Below the pieces are notes generated by a model. The model saw only the letters and a program-made list of their open reading frames with translations. It searched no databases and was not told where the DNA came from. Below, one piece after another: positions 1-10,381 of a stretch of 64,000 bases of DNA. Made by a program: the position numbers and the translations under genes. The stretch lies in assembly GCA_963663765.2 (NCBI GenBank), contig CAXXUA010000003.1, positions 96,001-160,000 on the forward strand, read 5' to 3'. Numbering within the stretch: position 1 is the stretch's first letter; every line of letters begins with the position of its first letter. The DNA comes from Candidatus Poribacteria bacterium (lineage in GTDB: Bacteria; Poribacteria; WGA-4E; WGA-3G).

Positions 1-2196
1 CAAAAAACGAGGCTCATTGACATAACCGGTCAAATTGTTAAAATCAATACCACCAGTGGGAGATGTATCGTTTAGGATATTGCGTCCCGTTAGGGCAATC
101 TCAGTGACAGCATCTGGCAGCTGACATGCAAGGCGGACACCACCATTTAAAAGCCAATCATCACTATACTCCACTGAATCATAGAGAAAAAAGTGCACAC
201 GACTACGAAACGCCCAATCTGTAGAAGCAATAATCCGAAAACCACCAGGAAGATCAAGAAAATAACGTAACGATATGTCAGCAATCCAAGTCGGTGCTTG
301 CGGTAGACTATTCCCATCAATGTAAAAAGTATTCTCGTTAGAAGCTGGCGGATTCTGCACCGTACACGGCGCACCACATCCTACAACTGCTAAATTAGGA
401 TCGTCAATACGTGTCTGGTTGTAACTAAATGCAGTTGAAATCTGGAGCGATGTTATTGGAAGGAAAATCAACTCTGCCTCAGCTCCACGTCCAATAGTGC
501 TATCAGCGTTCACCAACCGATTAAAATTGGTCTCTCCACCCACCGCAGTCAGTTGTTGATCCCGCATCAAGTAGTTGAACACTGCCAGATTCATGTGTAA
601 CCGCTGATCCCATAGACGTAGTTTCGTGCCACCTTCAATGGAAAAAACTGTCTCCGTCTCTGCGACTGTGACCTCATTACCAAACAACAAACGTCCCTGA
701 ATACTGGGTGCACGAAACCCGCGAGCTACACGCAAATATGTCTGCACGTTGGATGATACCTCATAACGTAGACTAAGATCACCGCTCCACACCGTATCCT
801 GCGGACTTTGATGGATCGGACCAATTGCACCTAACTCAGTCACAGCGGGGGCTTCGTCGCGCCATGCTGTATAGTCTTTCGCATCGTCAGACAACCGCAC
901 ACCAGCACCAAATTCCAGTTCGTCAAGCAATTGGAACGTCATAGAAGCGTAAGCTGCTCGTGCTGTAGCAATTTGTTCCTGACGTGCCATACCATCTTGA
1001 ACTCCACTAGCCAAGGTATTATAATTGAAATCCTCCATCTCCACAAACTCATGGAAATAGTACAGTCCAAACTGGTAAGCAAGGCGACTCTCTCCAATAG
1101 TCATCAAACGGACTTCTTGACTCAACTGACGCAGCAAGGGTATACCAGACGCAGTCTCCGATGGAGATGGTATTACACCAGGACCGCTTGTCTCAGTAAA
1201 CACCGCACCATATCCACCATCAATATCACCACGAGAATATGTGGTAAGTCGCTCAAAACCTGTCAGTGAAACCAGTTGAAAATTACCAATGTCATAACGC
1301 ACCTCAAGCACTAATCCACCGGATCTCAGTGTCTGTTCATTTTGTGCATCGTGCGCGATAGTATCACGCGCAAAGTTATCCACCAAGTCTCCCCTGTCAG
1401 GTTCAAGGATATTCGCACGAAACAGACGTGATGTACCATCAAGATCGCGTCCATGAAATTTAAACCATGCCTCTAATTCTGGTATCGGAGTCCACAACAG
1501 TTGCAATCGTGCTGCTGAATCACGATATCCTCCTAAAACATCCTCTTCGTCCGTAAATTCATTATCTATCCAATCACTACGCCACTGATTAAGAATGGAA
1601 AGTCTCGCTGAAAGCACGTTCGGAACAAGTGGACCTGATACAACACCTTCAAAATTACTGCTGTTGAAACGCCCGTAACTCAAACGACCATACCCTTCTA
1701 AAGCCTGTGTGGGACGTGCAGATTCAAACTTCACGGTACCAGCTGGTGTATTACGACCAAATAGCGTACCTTGTGGTCCGCGCAACACCTCTATCCGATC
1801 CAGATCAAATACCGGGAAACCTTTCAACATGGTATTTTCAAGCACAACTCCATCGTAGAGTACAGAAACGGGCTGCGATGCGTTAAGGTCAAAATCCGTA
1901 TTGCCAAGTCCACGGATATAAAAGCGTGGAAACACACGACCAAATGAGGATTCCATCTGAAAACTCGGTGTCCGATTCGACAAAAACCGTATATCCAAGC
2001 CTGATGTTCGTAAGGTATCGGATTTATCCCCGCGTATCGTTGATACCGATAAGGGCACCTCAAATGACAACTGTTCACGTTTCCGGGCAGTAACAACAAC
2101 ATCCTCCAACTGAATCACATCATCCGTCTCTTCATCAGCATAGACTATTAAGGGTAAAGTTAGCATCACTAAAAAAACTATAATTATTATCTTCAT
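1..2196 (-). CDS. TonB-dependent receptor (3' end runs off the window; missing from the ORF track)
   Basis: Manual translation from ATG at 2196 (RBS GGGGAG): signal peptide MKIIIIVFLVMLTLPLIVYA, TonB box EDVVVTARKRE, plug motifs FYIRGLG and DLDRIEVLRGPQGTLFGRNTPAG. Confidence 0.92.
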   Translation of the reverse strand, partial: MKIIIIVFLVMLTLPLIVYADEETDDVIQLEDVVVTARKREQLSFEVPLSVSTIRGDKSDTLRTSGLDIRFLSNRTPSFQMESSFGRVFPRFYIRGLGNTDFDLNASQPVSVLYDGVVLENTMLKGFPVFDLDRIEVLRGPQGTLFGRNTPAGTVKFESARPTQALEGYGRLSYGRFNSSNFEGVVSGPLVPNVLSARLSILNQWRSDWIDNEFTDEEDVLGGYRDSAARLQLLWTPIPELEAWFKFHGRDLDGTSRLFRANILEPDRGDLVDNFARDTIAHDAQNEQTLRSGGLVLEVRYDIGNFQLVSLTGFERLTTYSRGDIDGGYGAVFTETSGPGVIPSPSETASGIPLLRQLSQEVRLMTIGESRLAYQFGLYYFHEFVEMEDFNYNTLASGVQDGMARQEQIATARAAYASMTFQLLDELEFGAGVRLSDDAKDYTAWRDEAPAVTELGAIGPIHQSPQDTVWSGDLSLRYEVSSNVQTYLRVARGFRAPSIQGRLLFGNEVTVAETETVFSIEGGTKLRLWDQRLHMNLAVFNYLMRDQQLTAVGGETNFNRLVNADSTIGRGAEAELIFLPITSLQISTAFSYNQTRIDDPNLAVVGCGAPCTVQNPPASNENTFYIDGNSLPQAPTWIADISLRYFLDLPGGFRIIASTDWAFRSRVHFFLYDSVEYSDDWLLNGGVRLACQLPDAVTEIALTGRNILNDTSPTGGIDFNNLTGYVNEPRFL

Positions 2197-2261
2197 ATTC
2201 TCCCCTTTCAAATATATAGTGTTGTATGTGATCTCCCAGTATGAATTGATTTTTTTGTGCA

Positions 2262-3296
2262 TTATTTTGCAAAGTGCTGTCGCACAAATGGCCATGCACC
2301 TGATTTGTAATACCGATGTCCCCCATCACCGATAAATAGTTCACACCTATCTGCCACTCCAGCAACCGTATAGATCTCCTTCAACCGTTGATATGCAAAC
2401 TTGACATGTTCTATCGGAAAAATACCATCGTCATGTCCTGCAATTGCACAGAACGGACGTGGTGCAATCAAACCTGCAACATCATACATCTCACCTAACC
2501 GCATCACACCCGGCACATAGTTGCATTCACAGTGCCGAATAGTGCCAATGCTCCCTTCAAACGTGCAAAAATAACAACTCGGTACTGCCACAGCAATGCG
2601 CGTTTCACAAGCCGCGGCAAAAAGCGATACCGTCCCGCCACCAGAGTTACCAGTAATCGCAATCCGTTCAGGATCAACCGGCAAATCCTCTATCGCCCAA
2701 TCAATCAGTCGTGACATATCCCACACCCGCTCACCAATTGGAGTCCGACCAACCAATATGCTATGAACCAACTGGTGTCTGCATGAATGCGTGTTATTGT
2801 TTTGTTTATCTGCTTCAGTACGTGTTTCTCCGAATGCACGGGTCGTCGGCGCAATAGCAATATATCCTTCCTCAACGACAGCCTGACGTGCAATGTCGCG
2901 TTCCCCTGCAATCATCTCCTGCTCCTCTTTTTCTGAATGCGCAATGCCAGCATAGATATGCGGATGGTTATGACCATGCGGCGCGAGGATTAACGGCAGC
3001 TTCCCATCAATGGATTTTGGACGAAGCAGGTAAAATGGTAACGGCACTGTCGGTTCCACCCACAAATACCAACTTTCCCTTACATGATCGTCCAAATCTA
3101 AAACATCCAACTGTTCAGCTTTCGGAATATAATCAGCCAAGTCAGATTCTATGTTATCTAAACCGAGAATATTCCGCAACTCAGGACGAAATTTGGCTTG
3201 CCATGCTAACAATCCTTCTCGTGTTGTCTCATGGAACTCATATTTCCTCGGTACTGTGTGGTATAAAGTTTCAAAATGTTTATCAGCGTTATACAT
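2262..3296 (-). CDS. alpha/beta hydrolase (dienelactone hydrolase / acetylxylan esterase-like)
   Basis: Nucleophile elbow GNSGGG, Asp in GHDD, His in GGHRY. Confidence 0.85.
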   Translation of the reverse strand: MYNADKHFETLYHTVPRKYEFHETTREGLLAWQAKFRPELRNILGLDNIESDLADYIPKAEQLDVLDLDDHVRESWYLWVEPTVPLPFYLLRPKSIDGKLPLILAPHGHNHPHIYAGIAHSEKEEQEMIAGERDIARQAVVEEGYIAIAPTTRAFGETRTEADKQNNNTHSCRHQLVHSILVGRTPIGERVWDMSRLIDWAIEDLPVDPERIAITGNSGGGTVSLFAAACETRIAVAVPSCYFCTFEGSIGTIRHCECNYVPGVMRLGEMYDVAGLIAPRPFCAIAGHDDGIFPIEHVKFAYQRLKEIYTVAGVADRCELFIGDGGHRYYKSGAWPFVRQHFAK

Positions 3297-3326
3297 AAGG
3301 TTCCTCCTATTAAAATTCTATCCTAC

Positions 3327-3354
3327 TTGACAAAATTCGCATCAATGCTATAAT
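3327..3354 (+). promoter_or_regulatory. sigma70-type promoter for the epimerase/oxidoreductase/WD40 cluster
   Basis: TTGACA-16 nt-TATAAT with extended -10 TG. Confidence 0.75.
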
Positions 3355-3429
3355 AATAAACAACACACTAAAGCCTGTCAACTGAATTCAACTCAACATT
3401 ACGACAGGTTGAATATGAAAGGTTTTTCA

Positions 3430-4314
3430 ATGAAAGTATTGATAACTGGTGCTAGTGGTCGACTCGGTGCTTATGTCATCAGAGAATTGGCTGAACATCA
3501 TACACTCGTCCTAATGTCCCGAAGACTACCTGCAGACGAATTTTCAAAGTTACCGTTTATACAAGGCGACCTAAACAACTTTGAAGACTGCCAACGCGCT
3601 GTGGAAGGTATAGACGCTATCCAACACCTTGGCGCACAACCCGGTCCTGCCGATCATCCCGATATGCGTGCAAATGCCGAAGAAAAAGGTATACCTTTTG
3701 ATACAACTTTCAAAACCAATATGCTCGGCACCTACTACCTCATGCAAGCCGCAATTGAAGCAGATGTACAAACGGTGGTCATGTCCGGCAGCAACTGCGC
3801 ATTAGGGCATGGGTTCCGTATTAGCAAAACACACATACCAATCGATTACCTACCTATAGACGAAGAACATCCCTGCTACCCTGAAGATTCCTATAGTTTC
3901 TCCAAACGTTGTGGTGAAGACCTATTAGCAAGTTACACGCGTGCCTACGGTATCCGAACCTATATCACCCGTCCGGCAGGTATAACACCAGAGGAACGCA
4001 GGCAGCAGATGGCACAAAATGCCAAACCTACAAACGGTTGGACACCTTGGTTGTGGTGTTGGGTAGGCAGTGAAGACGTCGCAAGTTCACACCGTTTGAT
4101 CATGGAAAATGCTGACACACTGCCACCGCACGATGTCTATTTTCTAAACGCAGATGATACCTCTGCTTTAGAACCCTCCTTAGAACTGGTAGAACGTTTC
4201 AAACCGGAATTTCTGCCAAAAGTCAGGACACTAAAAGGACATCAATCGTTTATCAACTGTGACAAACTCAAAAATGCTGTCGGGTGGCAACACGAAACAT
4301 CTTGGAGGGAATAA
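3430..4314 (+). CDS. NAD-dependent epimerase/dehydratase (extended SDR)
   Basis: MKVLITGASGRLG Rossmann motif and YSFSK catalytic motif; start set at ATG 3430. Confidence 0.9.
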   Translation: MKVLITGASGRLGAYVIRELAEHHTLVLMSRRLPADEFSKLPFIQGDLNNFEDCQRAVEGIDAIQHLGAQPGPADHPDMRANAEEKGIPFDTTFKTNMLGTYYLMQAAIEADVQTVVMSGSNCALGHGFRISKTHIPIDYLPIDEEHPCYPEDSYSFSKRCGEDLLASYTRAYGIRTYITRPAGITPEERRQQMAQNAKPTNGWTPWLWCWVGSEDVASSHRLIMENADTLPPHDVYFLNADDTSALEPSLELVERFKPEFLPKVRTLKGHQSFINCDKLKNAVGWQHETSWRE

Positions 4315-4315
4315 C

Positions 4316-5398
4316 ATGGAAACGAGTGATCGAACCCGCATCGGTGTTGTCGGCGTAGGAAGTATTGCAGTGCGTGGCATTCTCCCGCACCTCACACAAG
4401 ACGATGTCCAAGATAGATTACAGGTAACTGCTGTTTGTGACCCTGTCCCTGGAAGAGCACAAGCCGCATCCAAAAAATTCAATATACCCCATGCTTACGA
4501 GACGTTTGAAGAAATGTTGGCAGAAGGTCATGTTGACGTTGTCAGCATTGCATCCCCCATAGGGATCCATTATAAGCAAGGCAAACTCGCTATTGAACAC
4601 GGTGTCCACGCACACTTCAACAAAACAATGACTACCACAGTTGATGAGGCTGATGACCTGATTGAATCGGCAAAGCGAAAAGGAGTCAAATTAGTCGCAT
4701 CCCCCGGACAAATGTTACGTCCGATACATCAAGAAATAAAAAGACTTATTGATGATGGTGCTATCGGAACGTTAACTTGGGCAGCAACCGGTTCATCCTT
4801 CGGCAGATACCATGAAGCGGAATCGGTTCGACACGGGAACGATGTCCTCTCTAACATCAATCCAGCGTGGTACTTCCGCAAACCAGGTGGCGGTCCACTA
4901 TACGACATGACCGTTTACGGACTGCATACAATGACAGGTATCCTCGGTCCTGTCAAGCGCGTAACCGCTTTCTCTGGTGTGCGTGTCAAGGAACGTGAAT
5001 TCCGAGGTGAGATGCTGCCATGCGATATGGATGATAACACTTTTATTCTACTTGACTTCGGTGAAGCTTTCTTCGGTTTTGTCTACGGTGCCGCGGCAGG
5101 ACACGCGATCAAAGGTGGATTAGCAATTAACGGAACCGCAGGTTCTATTGAGGGAAGCACAATCAACGGCAAACCAATTGACGCACCGAAAAGGCAACTG
5201 CCGCACGTCGTCGGACCGCATCGTAGCATACAGGAAGCACATGTGTTTGAAGACATCATGCAACTCGTTGACTGGATCCGCGAGGATAAACCTACCATCG
5301 TTACAGCGGAGCATGCACGACATGTCATTGAAATCTTTGATGCAGGATACCGATCAGCAGAGTCAGGACAAGCACAAGACCTCCGCACAACATTTTGA
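4316..5398 (+). CDS. Gfo/Idh/MocA family oxidoreductase
   Basis: IGVVGVGSIA, GGGPLYDMTVY; RBS GGAGG before ATG 4316. Confidence 0.9.
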   Translation: METSDRTRIGVVGVGSIAVRGILPHLTQDDVQDRLQVTAVCDPVPGRAQAASKKFNIPHAYETFEEMLAEGHVDVVSIASPIGIHYKQGKLAIEHGVHAHFNKTMTTTVDEADDLIESAKRKGVKLVASPGQMLRPIHQEIKRLIDDGAIGTLTWAATGSSFGRYHEAESVRHGNDVLSNINPAWYFRKPGGGPLYDMTVYGLHTMTGILGPVKRVTAFSGVRVKEREFRGEMLPCDMDDNTFILLDFGEAFFGFVYGAAAGHAIKGGLAINGTAGSIEGSTINGKPIDAPKRQLPHVVGPHRSIQEAHVFEDIMQLVDWIREDKPTIVTAEHARHVIEIFDAGYRSAESGQAQDLRTTF

Positions 5399-5425
5399 CC
5401 TGTTTCAAAAAAAAGAGGTATTTTC

Positions 5426-7327
5426 ATGTTTGAACTTAAAAACAGAACCATATTATTCGTGGGTCTACTGATTCTTCTAAACAGCATGGCTTGTCAACAG
5501 AACCCGCGACTTCCAGAACCGTTGGAAACCAATTATGATCCCTCTACCCAACTCAGTTTACCAGAGGGTGCCAAGGCACGTATCGGCAAAGGTACAATAC
5601 AAGGAATTGAATATTCCGCGGATGGAACTCGACTCGCTGTGTTTAGTTCTATCGGAATCTGGATTTACGATGCTAAGACACTTCAAGAACTGTCACTACT
5701 TACGGTACATACGGATTACGTTTATAGTGGAAGCATTTCGTCAGACGGCACCAGAGTTGCAGCTGGTTCTCTTAAGGGTTCAGTCCATTTATGGAACACT
5801 AATACCAGTGAACGCTTATACACTTTGAATGAACATACCTTAACGGTGGATGCCATCAGTTTCTCTCCAGATGGAACGATACTTGCCACTGGGGGTTATG
5901 ATGGAAAGTTGCATTTGTGGCGGACTGCCACAGGTGAACATCTAAAAGGATCAACAAAACACACGAAACCTATTACTCACATTAGGTTTTCGTCAGATGG
6001 TAAAATGCTTGCTACCGCTACTGAGAGTGAAAAAAACAAAAAAGGTGGCACAGTATATTTGTATGATGTACAAACAGGCGCGACTCTAAAAACACTTAAT
6101 GGACATGATGACGACGTTAACAGCATTGATATTTCACCAGATGGTAAAACACTGGCAAGTTGCAGTAAAGATGAGACCGTTCGTTTGTGGAATATTACCA
6201 ATGGAAATAACATAAAAACATTATCAGGACATAATACTTGGGTCAAAAGTGTGCGTTTTTCTCCAGATGGTGAAACCCTTGCAAGTCAATCTTTTTCCGG
6301 CAAAATACTCTTGTGGAATGCTTCCACGGGCAAAAGGCTGAGTACACTTGACGACGATATTTTTCACTATGGAAAAGGAATATCTTTTTTACCTGATGCA
6401 GTAACAATTGCCAGTGCCAATCATAAGGACATTAATTTTTGGGACATTGAGTCAAGCAAACTCCTAAAGACACTTAGAGGGTATACGACTTGGATTGAAA
6501 GTGTGGACTTTTCTCCGGATGGCAAAAAAATCGCAACCGGCAGCGACGACAGACGGGTACGTTTGTGGGATGCTACAACTTGTAGACTGCTTACTATCTT
6601 TGATCAACATACATCCAGAGTCAAAAGTGTGTGTTTTTCACCGGATGGCAACACAATCGTAAGCGGCAGTGAAGACAAAACAGTACGTTTGTGGCATGCA
6701 ACGACCGGTAAACTTTTGAGAACACTTAAAGGGCATACAGGAATTGTCTTGAACGTTGATTTCTCACCAGATGGACGAAAGATTGCAAGCTGCGGGTGGG
6801 ACACAACAGTACGTTTGTGGGATGCAAATACCGGTAATCACCTTAGAACTCTACAGCATGACAAAATCGTCAATACCGTGTGTTTTTCACCAGACAGTCG
6901 AAAAATCGTAACTGACACTAACAAACTGCACTTATGGAGAGTTGCTACTGGTAGACGTTCAAGAATCATCGCAGACAATCTGGGATATGGTGTGAGTTTT
7001 GCGCCCAATAGCAAGCAATTCATAACTGGTGGACACAACAAAGTATATTTGTTCCCCGTTTCAAGGCTCGGATTCCGCAAAGAGTTTACAGGAAACACAG
7101 GCGGTTGGGTCAAAAACGTCAGTTTCAGTCCAGATGGACACACAATCGCAAGCGCAAATAAAAACGGAACAATTACTATATGGAATATCTCAACGAGTGA
7201 AGCATTACGGAATTTGACAGGGCATGGTTCTGCCGTCAATGAAGTTGCTTTTAGTCCGGATGGACGCACAATCGCAAGTGCAAGTAGTGATGGGACAGTG
7301 CTTTTGTGGGATGTTCCACTACAATAG
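5426..7327 (+). CDS. WD40-repeat (beta-propeller) lipoprotein
   Basis: Lipobox-like SMAC; many GH...FSPDG..LAS.S.D..VRLW repeats. Confidence 0.92.
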   Translation: MFELKNRTILFVGLLILLNSMACQQNPRLPEPLETNYDPSTQLSLPEGAKARIGKGTIQGIEYSADGTRLAVFSSIGIWIYDAKTLQELSLLTVHTDYVYSGSISSDGTRVAAGSLKGSVHLWNTNTSERLYTLNEHTLTVDAISFSPDGTILATGGYDGKLHLWRTATGEHLKGSTKHTKPITHIRFSSDGKMLATATESEKNKKGGTVYLYDVQTGATLKTLNGHDDDVNSIDISPDGKTLASCSKDETVRLWNITNGNNIKTLSGHNTWVKSVRFSPDGETLASQSFSGKILLWNASTGKRLSTLDDDIFHYGKGISFLPDAVTIASANHKDINFWDIESSKLLKTLRGYTTWIESVDFSPDGKKIATGSDDRRVRLWDATTCRLLTIFDQHTSRVKSVCFSPDGNTIVSGSEDKTVRLWHATTGKLLRTLKGHTGIVLNVDFSPDGRKIASCGWDTTVRLWDANTGNHLRTLQHDKIVNTVCFSPDSRKIVTDTNKLHLWRVATGRRSRIIADNLGYGVSFAPNSKQFITGGHNKVYLFPVSRLGFRKEFTGNTGGWVKNVSFSPDGHTIASANKNGTITIWNISTSEALRNLTGHGSAVNEVAFSPDGRTIASASSDGTVLLWDVPLQ

Positions 7328-7490
7328 ATTATTGGAAGGACAGTTTAGCTAGAGAAAACTGATTTCTTGCTAAGTGTGCAACTTAACCTTGAAATCTACA
7401 AGATATAAAGAATCCTGTAGTACATAATCCGCGTAATAGTAAAATCCATAATTACTTGGATACGACGGTAGGTTCGGTTAGAAAACCGCA

Positions 7491-9050
7491 CCATAAGCGT
7501 CAATTTAAGAGTTTTGACCTTTTGTGGGAGGGGTTTTCAACCTTGATTTATAGTAAAATATACAAATAAGTTGACATATCTTCTGTAGGAGCGATCTCCG
7601 AATCGCGACTGAACGCCTTGATAGTCGGGAATCGGAGTTCCCTCCTACAAACAAACTGTCAAGGTAATTGTAAAATCCAATATAAGAGAAAATGTACGTA
7701 GAATCGGGGTTGAAAACCCATCCCACAAGAGAAACACGAACACTTTTTTCTTATAGTGAAATATACAATTAAGTTGACATATCTTCTGTAGGAGCGATCT
7801 CCGAATCGCGACTGAACGCCTTGATAGTCGGGAATCGGAGTTCCCTCCTACAAACAAACTGTCAAGGTAATTGTAAAATCCAATATAAGAGAAAATGTAC
7901 GTAGAATCGGGGTTGAAAACCCATCCCACAAGAGAAACACGAACACTTTTTTCTTATAGTGAAATATACAATTAAGTTTACACTTTTTCTGTAGGCGGGG
8001 AATGCCAATAGGCATTCATACCGTTGATTTCGATCTCCGAATCGCGACTGAACGCCTTGATAGTCGGGAATCGGAATTCCCTCCTACAAACAAACTGTCA
8101 AGGTAATTGTAAAATCCAATATAAGAGAAAATGTACGTAGAATCGGGGTTGAAAACCCATCCCACAAGAGAAACACGAACACTTTTTTCTTATAGTGAAA
8201 TATACAATTAAGTTTACACTTTTTCTGTAGGAGCGATCTCCGAATCGCGACTGAACGCCTTGATAGTCGGGAATCGGAATTCCTTCCTACAAACAAACTG
8301 TCAAGGTAATTGTAAAATGCACTATAAGAGAAAATGTACGTAGAATCGGGGTTGAAAACCCCTCCCACAAGAGAAACACGAACACTTTTTTCTTATAGTG
8401 AAATATACAATTAAGTTTACACTTTTTCTGTAGGCGGGGAATGCCAATAGGCATTCATACCGTTGATTTCGATCTCCGAATCGCGACTGAACGCCTTGAT
8501 AGTCGGGAATCGGAGTTCCCTCCTACAAACAAACTGTCAAGGTAATTGTAAAATCCACTATAAGAGAAAATGTATGTAGAATCGGGGTTGAAAACCCCTC
8601 CCACAAGAGAAACACGAACACTTTTTTCTTATAGTGAAATATACAAATAAGTTTACACTTTTTCTGTAGGCGGGGAATGCCAATAGGCATTCATACCGTT
8701 GATTTCGATCTCCGAATCGCGACTGAACGCCTTGATAGTCGGGAATCGGAGTTCCCTCCTACAAATAAACTGTCAAGGTAATTGTAAAATCCACTATAAG
8801 AGAAAATGTACGTAGAATCGGGGTTGAAAACCCCTCCCACAAGAGAAACACGAACACTTTTTTCTTATAGTGAAATATACAAATAAGTTTACACTTTTTC
8901 TGTAGGCGGGGAATGCCAATAGGCATTCATACCGTTGATTTCGATCTCCGAATCGCGACTGAACGCCTTGATAGTCGGGAATCGGAGTTCCCTCCTACAC
9001 CTGAAAGTGTAAGAATAATTCTAAAATCTACTATAAATTGACGCCTATAG
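7491..9050. mobile_element. Miniature element (TIR CYATARGCGTCAATTTA) with 18-bp TSD, enclosing a tandem array
   Basis: TTCGGTTAGAAAACCGCA duplicated at 7473-7490 and 9051-9068; removing the element restores the palindrome GGTAGGTTCGGTTAGAAAACCGCACCTACC. Confidence 0.85.
7548..8999. repeat. Tandem array of 203/236-bp units (6 full + 1 partial), BIME/REPIN-like
   Basis: Unit starts 7548, 7751, 7954, 8190, 8393, 8629, 8865. Each has TTATAGT...ACTATAA-type ends around GTAGG...CCTAC palindromes, and full units add a GGGGTTGAAAACCC(C/A)TCCCAC half-REP. Confidence 0.95.
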
Positions 9051-9127
9051 TTCGGTTAGAAAACCGCACCTACCAGGGAGTGTAGACATATTTTGGATTT
9101 CACTATAATATACAGGAGAATTGACTC

Positions 9128-9379
9128 ATGAAATTTGATGAACAAAAAAACGCAACATTAGACGGTCTCATTACATGCGATGCAGAGATTATGAGTGGCA
9201 CACCCGTTTTTAAAAACACCCGTGTTCCGGTAAAAAACCTGATTGACTATTTAGAGACTGGAGAAACACTTGATGAGTTTTTAGATGATTTTCCATCTGT
9301 CAACCGAGATCAAGTAGTCAAAATCTTGGAACTTGCCAAAGAAATGCTCCTAACACACGCTTATGCAAATTCTCATTGA
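9128..9379 (+). CDS. DUF433 family putative antitoxin
   Basis: IMSGTPVFKNTRVPV...GETLDEFLDDFP signature. Confidence 0.9.
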   Translation: MKFDEQKNATLDGLITCDAEIMSGTPVFKNTRVPVKNLIDYLETGETLDEFLDDFPSVNRDQVVKILELAKEMLLTHAYANSH

Positions 9380-9391
9380 GGAATTCAACTT

Positions 9392-10342
9392 ATGCCAAGA
9401 GCCTTATGTATCGGTGAACTGCTCATCGATTTTGTATCAACGACACCTGATCTCACTCTTGCCGACGCCCCTGGATTTGTCAAAGCCCCTGGCGGCGCAC
9501 CTGCTAACGTCGCTGTCGGTTTAGCCAAACTTGGTGTGGATGCGGGTTTCATCGGGAAAGTCGGAGCAGACCCGTTTGGTGATTTTCTGACTGAAACACT
9601 CCAGCAAAACAGTGTGGATACCACATATCTCATTGCAGGAGAAACATCCCGTACCACCTTAGCCTTCGTCGCAACCCGTTCTGATGGCATGAAAGACATT
9701 ACGTTCTATAGACACCCAGGTGCTGACATCCAACTCTCCCCCGATGAGATTGATACGAACTATATCCAATCAGCAGAACTGTTTCACTACGGTTCTGTTA
9801 GCCTCAGCCATTCACCGACGCGTGAGGCAACCCTGAAGGCAATCCAATGTGCGAAATCTGCAGGTGCATTCATCTCCTACGACCCCAATTTGCGACTGAT
9901 GCTATGGGACAATGCCGATGATGCCAAGCATTGGATTTGGGAGGTGATGCCTTATGCCGATGTTGTCAAAATCTCAGAGGAAGAGTGGGAATTCATTACA
10001 GGGGATGTAGAATTACAACGCGGTATTGAACAGATTCTCGGTCTCGGAGTGAAGTTGCTTGTTGTGACATTAGGCGAACGTGGCTGTTATTACACAAACG
10101 GAAACGCTGATGGATATGTTGAAGGTTTCACCGTCAAAGCCGTTGATACACTCGGTGCTGGTGATGCATTCGTCGCTGCAATGCTCTCCCGACTGATAAC
10201 GCATACTGACCTTACTTCACTTAACACCGACCAACTTGATGGTATTATGCGATATGCAAATACGGCGGGAGCATTGGCAACTCAAAAGGTGGGTGTGATT
10301 CCCTCTTTACCAACCCCACAAGAAATCGAACATTTTCTTTGA
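9392..10342 (+). CDS. PfkB family carbohydrate kinase (fructokinase-like)
   Basis: PGGAPANVA, YDPNLR, DTLGAGDAF. Confidence 0.93.
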   Translation: MPRALCIGELLIDFVSTTPDLTLADAPGFVKAPGGAPANVAVGLAKLGVDAGFIGKVGADPFGDFLTETLQQNSVDTTYLIAGETSRTTLAFVATRSDGMKDITFYRHPGADIQLSPDEIDTNYIQSAELFHYGSVSLSHSPTREATLKAIQCAKSAGAFISYDPNLRLMLWDNADDAKHWIWEVMPYADVVKISEEEWEFITGDVELQRGIEQILGLGVKLLVVTLGERGCYYTNGNADGYVEGFTVKAVDTLGAGDAFVAAMLSRLITHTDLTSLNTDQLDGIMRYANTAGALATQKVGVIPSLPTPQEIEHFL

Positions 10343-10381
10343 TTATCTATTTGCAGGTAGCGTAAAAAACAACTCGTATGA

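Larger units (their letters stand above)
7436..9105. mobile_element. Outer miniature element (TIR ATAGTRAAATCCAWAAT) containing a REP palindrome split by a second element
   Basis: ATAGTAAAATCCATAAT at 7436 and ATTTTGGATTTCACTAT ending at 9105 (15/17 inverted match). Confidence 0.6.

Noticed and set aside
147-2102. Short ORFs 147-377, 931-1269 and 1824-2102
   Set aside because: They are alternative-frame shadows of the TonB-dependent receptor gene
7997-8030. Micro-element as an integron attC site
   Set aside because: GTTGATT does not fit GTTRRRY, there is no RYYYAAC inverse core, it is too short, and it does not flank gene cassettes
7505-8368. ORFs 7505-7726, 7645-7929 and 8084-8368
   Set aside because: They are translations of the non-coding tandem array
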